A stretch of DNA of 64,000 nucleotides from Patescibacteria group bacterium (lineage in GTDB: Bacteria; Patescibacteriota; Patescibacteriia; UBA9934). The stretch is taken from positions 169,035 through 233,034 of the forward strand of contig JBAZWW010000001.1 in assembly GCA_041660165.1 (NCBI GenBank). The letters are read 5' to 3'. Under the pieces are notes generated by a model. That model worked only from the letters and a program-made list of their open reading frames with translations, searched no databases and was not told where the DNA came from. This document shows positions 48,142-57,269 of the stretch, in pieces; positions within the stretch are counted from its first letter, which is position 1, and each line of letters begins with the position of its first letter. A program made the position numbers and the translations under genes.

Positions 48142-48269
48142 GGTGGATTAACACAGATCGCGAAACGAGACAGATTTTACACAGATCAAAAGCGCAGGGA
48201 ATAATTCCCTGCGCTTTTCCATCTCATCTGTGTTAAATCTGTCCCGCACCTTGATCTGTGTAAATCCCC

Positions 48270-48422
48270 CTAAACAGTTTCGACTCCTTCTTCAGCCTCA
48301 TCTTCATCCTCGTCCTCATCCTCGTCTTCATCGTCACTATCGCCAACGGCGTCATCCTCTCCGTCCATAGTCACTGGGGCCAATACGATGAACTCAAGCT
48401 CCGTCACCTCTTGTGTGGGCAT
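48270..48422 (-). CDS. possible small DE-rich acidic protein (50 aa)
   Basis: Manual translation gives MPTQEVTELEFIVLAPVTMDGEDDAVGDSDDEDEDEDEDEDEAEEGVETV. Below the ORF-track cutoff; no strong RBS. Confidence 0.25.
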   Translation of the reverse strand: MPTQEVTELEFIVLAPVTMDGEDDAVGDSDDEDEDEDEDEDEAEEGVETV

Positions 48423-48548
48423 ACGTTATATGAAAATTAAGTGCCGACATAGTATAGCCTGTCCAATATTTTGCAAGGGGGTCACCCCCACCTAAAACTG
48501 TGGATATTTTTGGGCGAGTGTATACTAGGGACATAAAGCGCTTGAACT

Positions 48549-50801
48549 ATGTCTAAACGAGCACGAACCCCATTTGATTTTGGCTTTGACCCAGAGCCGG
48601 CCGAAGGCCCAAAAAGAACATTCTTTTATGAAGTTCTTGGCGCCCTGCCCACAGATAGTGACCGGGAAATTAGAACAAAATGGATTAAAACCTTGAAGAC
48701 CAGTCATCCTGATAAAGGAGGAAACACAAGATGGATGGGCATTATCAACAACGTCTACGAGACGTATTTTAAGGACAAAACTGCCCGTGCCGTGTATGAC
48801 GAAAATCACCCGCTTGATAGACAACGATGGGAGCAACAAGAACAAAATGTCAGAGAACAAATTGCGGAGGATGCCCGCCTGACGACAATAGAAAAGGAGG
48901 CTGCCGAGAAAAAAGCGGAGGCAGAAAAAATTCAAAAAGAAGCTGATGCCGAAAAAGAACGGCTCGCCAAAGAAACACGCGAGCGCGAACAAGCAAAAGT
49001 TGACGCTAGAAAGAAAGCGCAAGAAAAACGCCAAAGAGACGCAGTCGAAAAACAAGCAGCCACAGACGCTGCTCAGCTTGAGGCCGCTAAGCTGGAAGCA
49101 GAAAGACTGCAAAGAGAGGCGATAGAGAAAGCGCCGGCAGAAGCCAGAGACAAAGCCAACGACGACGCGCGTAAAAAAGCCGAGATAGATGCCGCTTGGG
49201 CCGCCCAGGAAGCACAGGGTAGAGTCGAAGCAGAGCAGGCGGCCAGAGATGAGGCAGACAAGATCAAACGGGAAGCGGAAGAAGAAACTGCCAGACTAAA
49301 GGCGGAGGCCGAAAGAATAGAGCGCGAGGCAAAGGAGGCGGAGACAATAGCCCAAGAAAAAGCTGAGCGAGTAGCGGCGGCTAAAAAAGACATGGTGCAG
49401 TTGAGACGAACGCTCGGCAGTACGGAATATTGGAAGGATCCCACGCCTTCAAGAGATGCGCTCCAGAGGGCGCTAGATAATTTGGAGATGGATTTTCCTG
49501 ATCTCAATGAAGCGCAAAAGGATACTCGAACAAAGATTGAAGAGCATCTGGAACCGGCAGAAAAAGCGGAGTTCCGCGAATTACTCGCGAAGTATTTTGA
49601 ACTCAAAAAAATTGCCGGGCTTCCCCCGCCAGAGAAACAGCCTGAGAAAACAAAAAGGGAAAAAAGGCTGGTGGAAATCCTCAAACAGCTGGATAACAAA
49701 GAATTCTGGAAAAAAGGAGACCCCGGCGTAGAATTTGCGGACGCGCTTGCACTCCTTGCGGGAGACCCTGCCATGGAGGCAAAATTCGGGCAGGAACTCC
49801 AGGCCAAGAAAAAATCCGTGGAAGGCTTCCTGAACCTCGGCTCATTCGACTCCCACCGGAAATTCACAAAACTTCTGGATGAATGGGAGGCCACAAAGAA
49901 TACCCCAGAAGACGCCCTGGAACGCTTCTCAGCAAACAAAGAGGCCATGAAAATGCAATGGGACCTGGATCAAATACTCGCTGAAAATGAAGAGAGTTCA
50001 GGATCGGGCCTCTACATCACGGGCGCAGAAACCGAGGCAGAATTTAGAAAGAACATACCGAAGGACAAGGTGGATGACGTCATGAGGATTGCCAATCACA
50101 TCAAAGAATTCTATGAAGGAGCCGAGTGGATGACGCCAGCAAAAAAAGCAGCCAAACTTGAGGAGGAGAAAAGGGCGGTTGATGAGGCTAAAAAAGCCCA
50201 AGACGCGTTAGCAGTCGAGCAAGCCGAAAAAGAAGCAAAACGGAAAAAGCTTGAAGACGAAGCGGCGGAAAGACAACGGCAGGCAGATGCTATAGACGCG
50301 GAAATCCTGGCCAAAGAAGCGGAAGAAGCAGCAAAAAAGAGCGCGGAGGCTAAAACTAAACTGTCTCCTCTCTTTGCGCACCTGGGAATTGAGCTGGCGG
50401 AACTGGTGGCCGGCCACAAACGAAACCTTGATGCATTTCTGGCGGAAAAGAGTGCGCTCATTGAGGCGGAAACTGAACTGCTGAGCGATGCGGAGAAGGC
50501 GTCCTACTTTGAACAGCTTGATCAAGCAGTTGCCCTAGCGAAAAAGAATAAATTCGAGATGATTGCAAAAGAATTTCATGACGGTATAACAAAAGAAATA
50601 GCTGAGCACTCACGTATACATCCGAACAGTAGAACCCGGATATCTAAAGAGCGCCTAACAGAAGTGAAAGACAATTTCATTTGGGAGTTACGCCAACTTC
50701 TTCCATTTGATGCCTGGCAAAAAGAATACAACGAGCTCTGTAAGGCACTCGGCGTAAAACAAGAAGAACTCAAACGAGAAAAATACGAAAAACACTCGTA
50801 A
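48549..50801 (+). CDS. J-domain protein with about 650-aa charged (E/K/A-rich) coiled-coil region
   Basis: N-terminal J domain (YEVLGALPTDSDREIRTKWIKTLKTSHPDKGG with the HPD tripeptide), then an extended repetitive EAxKxAE-type helix. Confidence 0.6.
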   Translation: MSKRARTPFDFGFDPEPAEGPKRTFFYEVLGALPTDSDREIRTKWIKTLKTSHPDKGGNTRWMGIINNVYETYFKDKTARAVYDENHPLDRQRWEQQEQNVREQIAEDARLTTIEKEAAEKKAEAEKIQKEADAEKERLAKETREREQAKVDARKKAQEKRQRDAVEKQAATDAAQLEAAKLEAERLQREAIEKAPAEARDKANDDARKKAEIDAAWAAQEAQGRVEAEQAARDEADKIKREAEEETARLKAEAERIEREAKEAETIAQEKAERVAAAKKDMVQLRRTLGSTEYWKDPTPSRDALQRALDNLEMDFPDLNEAQKDTRTKIEEHLEPAEKAEFRELLAKYFELKKIAGLPPPEKQPEKTKREKRLVEILKQLDNKEFWKKGDPGVEFADALALLAGDPAMEAKFGQELQAKKKSVEGFLNLGSFDSHRKFTKLLDEWEATKNTPEDALERFSANKEAMKMQWDLDQILAENEESSGSGLYITGAETEAEFRKNIPKDKVDDVMRIANHIKEFYEGAEWMTPAKKAAKLEEEKRAVDEAKKAQDALAVEQAEKEAKRKKLEDEAAERQRQADAIDAEILAKEAEEAAKKSAEAKTKLSPLFAHLGIELAELVAGHKRNLDAFLAEKSALIEAETELLSDAEKASYFEQLDQAVALAKKNKFEMIAKEFHDGITKEIAEHSRIHPNSRTRISKERLTEVKDNFIWELRQLLPFDAWQKEYNELCKALGVKQEELKREKYEKHS

Positions 50802-50822
50802 CCCAAATCTTTCGCTAAAAGA

Positions 50823-52082
50823 TCAAACAAAGAACCGCGTTACAAGCGCATCCGCGTACTCTGACGTCAGACCAACGGTGCTAAAATTCATCACCTCGCC
50901 GGCGTAGTAGGTATGGCGGGCGCCTTGAAGGGCCTCGACCTTATCGAAGTACCCGGCGCGGAATTCGTGAGGGGAAACATGTGGGAAATACTTCCAGCGT
51001 GAAACGCTATAGACCGTTTCAAGAGATCCGCCCATTTTACTTATGAGATTTGATGCCTCTTGAATGAGGTCTTTATCGGTTTGATGAAACTCGGCTAACG
51101 AGTAAAAGGTGTAAACATCCGCATCCGCATGGCGGTGATGCCAAAAGACCGGTTTGCCGGCGCGCTCAGGGCTGAAGTTGCCCGGCACGTAGCCGTCACC
51201 ATCGGGAAAATCCTTGATCGAGCAAGCGACAGTGCAGTAATTCACGTACTCAATTTTTGAAAATAGCGCCCGCTCTTCAGCCGTTGCGTCGAGATATTGG
51301 AGCGCCTCGTCAAGCGGTGAGGTGAGGATGAGCTCGTCAAACTCCTCCGTGCCCTGTTGCGTTGTTATCCGCACTAATTCGGCGCGTTCGATTTTCGTAA
51401 TCTCCGTATTCAATCTAACATCGAGCACTGAGGCAACGGCCGTCCACAAATGCTGGATGCCTTCGGGCAAGCGGTAAATCTTCCGCCTCATAAACGCCAT
51501 GAGCATTGGTCGCCGATAATACTTGAGCACGTAGACCGCAGGAATGCGCTCGAAATAATCGTAGCCGAAGCCCGTAAAAAAGAGCGCAAGTTCCTTGGCC
51601 AAATTCTCGATGTGATGCACGCGAGCAAACTCCGCAAACGGCGCCATGAGCGATTTGTTCGTTCGAGCAAGACCGGGCTTCCCCGCAGAGCCATATCGCC
51701 AAGAAAGCACATAATAGACCGCGAGCTCTTTCAAAAGGCGAACTGTCTGGCGCGCGGTTCGCTTTGGCATGGGCGCCCCCGTTTCACCGTTCACGTGTGT
51801 ACTGTGTCCAAACGGCACGCGCGCGAGCGGAACCCCAAATTCCTTGGCCAGCTTCAAAACTACCCGGTTGTCTTCTGAGACAATGCCGGCTCCAAGCTCG
51901 TAGTTCCGGCCCTCAATCTCTACCGTACAGCACTTCCCGCCCACGCGATCCGCCCGCTCGAAAACAACAACGTGCTTGTAGCCGAGTATCTTGAGCGCAT
52001 GACCAGCTGATAATCCAGCCGCCCCAGCGCCAATAATGGCAATCCGCCGGTTTAGCCCTTGATTGCTTTTTTGATGGTCCAT
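50823..52082 (-). CDS. FAD-dependent oxidoreductase (amine oxidase / protoporphyrinogen oxidase-like)
   Basis: Dinucleotide-binding IAIIGAGAAGLSAGHAL...VVFERADRVGGK. Confidence 0.7.
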   Translation of the reverse strand: MDHQKSNQGLNRRIAIIGAGAAGLSAGHALKILGYKHVVVFERADRVGGKCCTVEIEGRNYELGAGIVSEDNRVVLKLAKEFGVPLARVPFGHSTHVNGETGAPMPKRTARQTVRLLKELAVYYVLSWRYGSAGKPGLARTNKSLMAPFAEFARVHHIENLAKELALFFTGFGYDYFERIPAVYVLKYYRRPMLMAFMRRKIYRLPEGIQHLWTAVASVLDVRLNTEITKIERAELVRITTQQGTEEFDELILTSPLDEALQYLDATAEERALFSKIEYVNYCTVACSIKDFPDGDGYVPGNFSPERAGKPVFWHHRHADADVYTFYSLAEFHQTDKDLIQEASNLISKMGGSLETVYSVSRWKYFPHVSPHEFRAGYFDKVEALQGARHTYYAGEVMNFSTVGLTSEYADALVTRFFV

Positions 52083-53665
52083 ATCACGTTTTTCTTGAGG
52101 ATGGCGGAAGCGCAAAGCACGCCTCCCATAACCCCGCCGGAAATACTCGCAATCATGGCATCTTGGCCCGTCAAAAAAAGATTCTTTACAGGCGTGTACG
52201 GCTTCAAGAATTCCTGCCGGAAGCGCTTGGGCGTATGCGCGGTGCCATAAATCTCGCCCGAAGGATGAGCCACATAATGCTGAGCGGAAAGCGGAGATGA
52301 CACCTCGAAGTAATCTACTTTGCCACGAAGCTGAGGAGCCACGCGGTACAGAATCTCAAGCATCCTCTCCGCTGTCCGCGCCTTCATGGCTTCATAGTCT
52401 TCCCCGCGTCCGTGCTTTTTCGTTCCGTTCCACTCCGCAAACCACGTAAATGGCACGAGGATAATCACCTCGGCCGTAGAACGCCCGGGATGCGTCACCG
52501 GCGACTGCGGATCCTTAGCCGAAGGAAAAGAAGCGAAGGCCACCGGGATCGGCGCATCAATGCCCGTGGCCAATTTCTGATTCGCCACGTGGTCATACTC
52601 GTCGGGGAAAATCCAATAGTTACACCTTGGCAAATGGAGAGTCTCATTGCTCTCCTTAAAGCCCACATACAAACCCATGTGCGCCAAAGACGGGGTCAAA
52701 TTTTCAAGCATAGCCTCAAGCCCGTGCCTTCGACGAACGTTCTCAGATAAAAGCGAGTGAAACGTATTCACCACGCCCGCATCAGAAATAATCCGCTTCG
52801 CGCGAAGCACAGTTCCGTCTTCCATAAGTACCCCAACCGCCGTGTTCCCCTCGACAACGATCTCTTTCACCCGCGCAGAGGCCACCACCGCTCCCCCGGC
52901 CTCTTCAATCACCGGAATCACCGTCTCCGCAAACTTTGGCGCGCCTCCCACGGGATAACCCGCGCCTTCCATGTAATGGTTGGCTAAAACCGCATGCATG
53001 TAAAAACTACTCTCAGCAGGCTGAAGTCCGTAATCTCCGTACTGCGCCGTTAAAACGCCAATGAGCTGTTCGTTCCTCGTGATACTCCGCAATACCTCGA
53101 GTGTTGTCTTGTCCGAGTACGCCAGCACGCCTTTGCGCAACCATCCGCCAAAAATCTTCGCCAGGAACGGCGGAAGCACTTTTTCTACGTAGAAAGACGT
53201 CCCAAGAGCCGTTACTTGGTCGAGTAATGCAAAATACACATCAATGGACTGCCCGTCTTCCGCAGACGGAAAATAGCCCTTCAACGCCTTCAGCAAGTTG
53301 TTTCTCCCCCGCGGAAATTGATATTCCTTTTCACCAAACACTACGCGGTCATACACGTCATCAAGCGGAGCCCATTCAAGTTTTTCTTTGGTAATGTAAC
53401 GAAAAACCTTGTTCAAAAGCGTTCCGGCAATGTGTACCTGGCCAACATAGTGCAGGCCCACGTCCCACGCATATCCCTTGCGCTGGAAGGCGTGCGTATA
53501 CCCACCAATGACAAAATGCTGTTCAAGAACCAGCACCCTCTTCCCCGCCTGCGCCAGAAGCGAGGCCACGCTTAACCCGCCCGTTCCGGAACCAATGACA
53601 ATAGCGTCAAAAACATCCTTGCTCGCTTCTTGCCGTTTAAACAGCAAATATGATTGGCTAGGCAT
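52052..53665 (-). CDS. phytoene desaturase (CrtI) family FAD-dependent oxidoreductase
   Basis: DAIVIGSGTGGLSVASLLAQAGKRVLVLEQHFVIGGY, and the length fits CrtI-like proteins. Confidence 0.7.
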   Translation of the reverse strand: MPSQSYLLFKRQEASKDVFDAIVIGSGTGGLSVASLLAQAGKRVLVLEQHFVIGGYTHAFQRKGYAWDVGLHYVGQVHIAGTLLNKVFRYITKEKLEWAPLDDVYDRVVFGEKEYQFPRGRNNLLKALKGYFPSAEDGQSIDVYFALLDQVTALGTSFYVEKVLPPFLAKIFGGWLRKGVLAYSDKTTLEVLRSITRNEQLIGVLTAQYGDYGLQPAESSFYMHAVLANHYMEGAGYPVGGAPKFAETVIPVIEEAGGAVVASARVKEIVVEGNTAVGVLMEDGTVLRAKRIISDAGVVNTFHSLLSENVRRRHGLEAMLENLTPSLAHMGLYVGFKESNETLHLPRCNYWIFPDEYDHVANQKLATGIDAPIPVAFASFPSAKDPQSPVTHPGRSTAEVIILVPFTWFAEWNGTKKHGRGEDYEAMKARTAERMLEILYRVAPQLRGKVDYFEVSSPLSAQHYVAHPSGEIYGTAHTPKRFRQEFLKPYTPVKNLFLTGQDAMIASISGGVMGGVLCASAILKKNVIWTIKKAIKG

Positions 53666-53846
53666 GAAAGGGTAATAAGAGAATTACTAGGCCAAAGTCT
53701 ATCATATTCGGGGAAAAGTCAAAAAAACAAGCGCTCAACTACTTCACGGAATAAGGACCTGAGACAAAGGAATCAGTCTTGAAATATTCAAAAACCGTCC
53801 GGACCACATTCGCGGAAAACCGCGACACGATCCGAACGGCACGGCC

Positions 53847-54428
53847 TCAACCGAGTGATCTCACATAACCCTCATAGATCGCGAAGGCGACCCCAGGGAT
53901 CTTCCCTTCTTGGGAAACAAGGCTCATGTCACAAGCCTCGTCGAACTCACCCGACGAAAACCTTCGCAACTCCTCCACCGCGCTCTTCATCCGCCTACCG
54001 CCATGATCACGACCATCGCCAGCCAGGCGCGAGCGCAGGACATCGATCGATGGTGGTGCGACGTAAACGACGTACAGCTGTCGCGGAAAGGCTTGCGTCA
54101 TAACCGCCAGCCGATCAATCGGCCAGTCAAGCACCGGAAAGTCGCCTTTTTCCAGTGCGCCAACGATCGGAGCCGATGGCGTTCCGTAACGAATGCCACC
54201 GAACAGTTCGTTGACCACGAGAAGCTCACCCTGAAACGACATCTGATCAATCTGTTCGGCACTGATCGAAACCTTATTCCTCTCGCCCACACGAAGAGGC
54301 CTGGTCATGTAAGGCGAGATATAGGTGAACCGGCCGTCGAGACGCGTGAGCTCTTCAATGATCGTGCTCTTACCGACACCCGAAGGACCGAGTAGAAGCA
54401 GGAACTTACTCACGACTCCTCCTCGCAT
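53847..54428 (-). CDS. gmk: guanylate kinase
   Basis: P-loop GPSGVGKST, YMTRPLRVGE (NMP-binding) and RSRLAGDGRD (lid). Confidence 0.75.
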   Translation of the reverse strand: MRGGVVSKFLLLLGPSGVGKSTIIEELTRLDGRFTYISPYMTRPLRVGERNKVSISAEQIDQMSFQGELLVVNELFGGIRYGTPSAPIVGALEKGDFPVLDWPIDRLAVMTQAFPRQLYVVYVAPPSIDVLRSRLAGDGRDHGGRRMKSAVEELRRFSSGEFDEACDMSLVSQEGKIPGVAFAIYEGYVRSLG

Positions 54429-55218
54429 CGTTGAGAGTGTCCTTCATCTTGATGGTGGCGGTTTCAACCGCCGACCACCAGGAGGCATCACTCGTCGGGT
54501 ACAGAAGTCCGCGCGATGAATTGACTAAAACCCCGATACCCTCAGAGTTCAACAAATCGCGCAGGCAATCGGACTGGCCGCCCTGAGCACCAACGCCCGC
54601 GAGCAGGATTGGCATCGAGTCTGGAATCAGCGGACGAAGCTTGGCCATCGCCAGCCCCGCAGTCGACGAAAGCACGGGGATCATGTTGTCACCGCTGTTC
54701 CAGCGCGTAACCACGAGATCAAGCACGTGTTGCCAGAAAGGACGCCCATCCTGGAGCGTAACGTCTTGGACGATCCCGCCGGAAACATTACTCGTCTTCA
54801 CGAGCACGACGATCGCTTTATCCTGCAGCTTGCTCAAGGGCAAGATGACGTCGTCACCCATGTACGGGTTGACCACGACACCGTCCGCTTGAATCAGACC
54901 GAAGATATTTTCGATATAGGCATCCATCGTGTTCTCGATATCGCCGATCTTGCAGTCCACGATAACTGGTACCTCCGGCTGCGTATCGTGCACGTACCGA
55001 ACGATTTCCTGAAGCACAGCGTGCCCTGCAGGCAGTACGTCGAAGAATGCCTTCTGAGCCTTGTACGCACAGACATGCGATCCGGTCGCATCGACCACTC
55101 CACGAAGGAACCTGAGGATCTTCTCTTCATCCGATCCAAAGGCTTCGAGCAGTTCGACAGGTAGCTTCCGCAGGTCGGGATCAAGTCCCGCACAGAGAAG
55201 CGTCCCCGGCGAACGCAT
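54406..55218 (-). CDS. pyrF: orotidine 5'-phosphate decarboxylase
   Basis: LCAGLDPD...VIVDCKIGDIENTM; start set at the internal Met (MRSPGTLL). Confidence 0.75.
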   Translation of the reverse strand: MRSPGTLLCAGLDPDLRKLPVELLEAFGSDEEKILRFLRGVVDATGSHVCAYKAQKAFFDVLPAGHAVLQEIVRYVHDTQPEVPVIVDCKIGDIENTMDAYIENIFGLIQADGVVVNPYMGDDVILPLSKLQDKAIVVLVKTSNVSGGIVQDVTLQDGRPFWQHVLDLVVTRWNSGDNMIPVLSSTAGLAMAKLRPLIPDSMPILLAGVGAQGGQSDCLRDLLNSEGIGVLVNSSRGLLYPTSDASWWSAVETATIKMKDTLNDARRSRE

Positions 55219-55249
55219 CCGCTTCAGAATCTGATCCTTTGCTCGCACG

Positions 55250-55903
55250 TTATCCTCCACTCGCCTTCTTGGCGAGACCGTGATGGTTAAGAAACTCTCC
55301 CTTTGCGAGCAGATGCGCCGCAGTGTGTTCAGTCGGCTTGATGAGGATGGGTACGAGATCCTCCGCGACCGTATATCCATTCTCACCGAACACACCAACC
55401 TTCTCGGGATTGTTGGTAGCCAGGTTGACGGTACACGTCGACGGAATGCCGAAGAACTTCAGAACACAGACAACACCAGAGTACGTACGAACGTCGATGA
55501 CCCCACCGGGAGCCAAGAGGCTCGCCGACTCGACGGTGTGCACATTGAGCGTTTCCTGGAGCCACAGGGTTGCGAGCTTGAACGTCAACCCCATCCCACG
55601 ACCGTCCTGTCGTGGAATGTTGATGATCATTCCTTCGCCGATCTCCGCAAGCGTCCGCATGGCGAGCTTCAGCTGTCCGCAGCACTCGCAGGTCAAATCC
55701 CCGAAGACCTGACCGGTCTCGCACCCCGAATCGGTGCGCAAGACAAGCCGATCATCTCGACGAAAAACCGGACACAGAGTCTCAAGGTCGAGTTCGGCCT
55801 TGACGAGTACAGAATATTTTTCCCACGAATCATCGATGGCGAAATTGTACTGCCAGAACTTCCCGTATTCCGTCTGCAGCACACCGATACCCCTCCTTTC
55901 CAC
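55250..55903 (-). CDS. GTP cyclohydrolase II (RibA)-like protein
   Basis: The zinc-ligand pattern C-x10-C-x-C is conserved (DSGCETGQVFGDLTCEC) and the RQDGRGMGL motif is present. The canonical HSEC is replaced by DSGC. Confidence 0.6.
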   Translation of the reverse strand: MERRGIGVLQTEYGKFWQYNFAIDDSWEKYSVLVKAELDLETLCPVFRRDDRLVLRTDSGCETGQVFGDLTCECCGQLKLAMRTLAEIGEGMIINIPRQDGRGMGLTFKLATLWLQETLNVHTVESASLLAPGGVIDVRTYSGVVCVLKFFGIPSTCTVNLATNNPEKVGVFGENGYTVAEDLVPILIKPTEHTAAHLLAKGEFLNHHGLAKKASGG

Positions 55904-56072
55904 AGCATAGAACCGGTTGGTTCCCCCCTTCGACGACCGCGATGCGCTTCTGGAACGGTTCCATCGAACGCTTGACGAGTTCGAGGAAGGCCGCGACCTC
56001 CTCCGCAGACTTACCAGACTTCCGAATGATGCCGTCCATGTCGGGTGGCTTAACCGTAATAGACATATGCAC
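55830..56072 (-). CDS. hypothetical small protein
   Basis: ORF overlapping the RibA-like N-terminus by about 70 nt. It is uncertain which start is real. Confidence 0.25.
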   Translation of the reverse strand: MHMSITVKPPDMDGIIRKSGKSAEEVAAFLELVKRSMEPFQKRIAVVEGGNQPVLCCGKEGYRCAADGIREVLAVQFRHR

Positions 56073-56096
56073 CTCCCTTAGATCAAGATGGACTTT

Positions 56097-56525
56097 CTAA
56101 TCAGAGCGCGGATACGTTCCGTCGCTGATCTTCTTCGCAAAAGAACCGTGCACCATACGGAAGGCCAAACGGTTCTCAGGTGCGTAAACCATCGGGATAC
56201 CGATACGCGCGTGGCACTTCGGACACTCCAAATTCGGAACATCGCGGATGCTACAACACGTATACTGAAGAGTCGCAAGCGCGGACGGAGCGAAGACCCG
56301 ATCGAGGTACATCCGCAAGAGCGCTCCTGGACCATCCTTCTGATAGAGCGCGACGTGCTCCCCGCATGCGCTGCAAAACACGTCAAGAAAACGTGAATTA
56401 CCGCCACGCGCCCTCGAATAACGGTCCTTCTTGAAAGCGTGCTTGCTGTCAGGCTGTTCATTCGACATAGCCTCTCCTTTGTTCATTTCAACAAAATTGT
56501 CAATGAACTGACCAAAAACTAGCAT
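56097..56525 (-). CDS. zinc-ribbon protein (two CxxC pairs), unknown function
   Basis: CSACG...CPKCH; has a paralog immediately upstream. Confidence 0.5.
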   Translation of the reverse strand: MLVFGQFIDNFVEMNKGEAMSNEQPDSKHAFKKDRYSRARGGNSRFLDVFCSACGEHVALYQKDGPGALLRMYLDRVFAPSALATLQYTCCSIRDVPNLECPKCHARIGIPMVYAPENRLAFRMVHGSFAKKISDGTYPRSD

Positions 56526-56587
56526 TTTTTTTGTGAATTACGCAAGTATCAGTGTCCCTGAAAACATTGGCCTTAAGCAACGATTCT

Positions 56588-56920
56588 TTATCGCCGAGGC
56601 GACGGGTATACCCCAGTACCCACCCTTTTAACTACTGACCCCTGATAGAGACGAATAGCGGGACGCTTTTCTTTCTGGTAAATATAAAACGTCCCGATCA
56701 CTTTTTCGCACTATGGACATACGAATTCACCTTTTGAAGACCGCGAAATAGACGGGGCACAAATACGATCCAAATAAAGACGCCTTAATTCACCCGGCCC
56801 GTCCTTCTGATAAAGAACGAGGTATCCCCCACAACTTTCACAAAAAACATTTAAGAACCGCGAATAATGTCCTCTCTTTTCTCTATAAACGTCCTTCTTC
56901 AGGATAAATTGCTTAGGCAT
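56588..56920 (-). pseudogene. paralog of the 56097 zinc-ribbon gene carrying an in-frame TAG
   Basis: The two copies align along the full length (SRFLNVFCESCGGYLVLYQKDGPGELRRLYLDRICAPS ... CP*CEKVIGTFYIYQKEKRPAIRLYQGSVVKRVGTGVYPSPRR). The amber codon at 56711-56713 replaces the Lys of CPKC. Confidence 0.5.
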
Positions 56921-57137
56921 ATAACTGTTTGATTCTAGAATCTGATTCTACAGTAAATTGATAAACCAGTGAAGACACTCCCCAACGTTTCGCCAATCGA
57001 AAACCCGCCTTCATTGCTGGATGCGGACTTTCTTAGTCACCCCCTATTCCAGTCTGTAGAAACCACAAAGGTCCTTCGACTCGGCTGGGTAACCTCGTTC
57101 AGGACAAAATAATTCCACCGCTAGGGTGGAATTATTT

Positions 57138-57211
57138 TGGTTCCGAGACATGGATTCGAACCATGATTAGAGGATTCAGAGTCCTCTGTCCTGCCGTTAG
57201 ACGATCTCGGA
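57138..57211 (-). tRNA. tRNA-Gln (anticodon CUG)
   Basis: Hand-folded: acceptor TCCGAGA/TCTCGGA, anticodon stem GAGGA/TCCTC with loop CTCTGAA, T-loop TTCGAAT, CCA encoded. Upstream minus-strand TTGACA-17-TATTCT promoter and a downstream AATTCCACC...GGTGGAATT terminator. Confidence 0.85.
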
Positions 57212-57269
57212 ATAGACCTTTGTCGAGTGGTAGAATACGGGCTTTTGAGCGAGGTGTCAAAATGCTAGA

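Noticed and set aside
48150-48265. DnaA-box cluster / replication origin
   Set aside because: The repeated 9-mers (TTACACAGA) do not match the DnaA box TTATCCACA, and no dnaA/dnaN is nearby.
55830-56072. 80-aa ORF as a ThiS/MoaD-like sulfur carrier
   Set aside because: No C-terminal GG and no beta-grasp signature. It overlaps the RibA-like N-terminus, so it may not be a gene at all.
56711-56713. In-frame TAG read as pyrrolysine or a recoded amino acid
   Set aside because: No pyl genes and no other evidence of amber recoding in this window. A pseudogene or a base error is more parsimonious.
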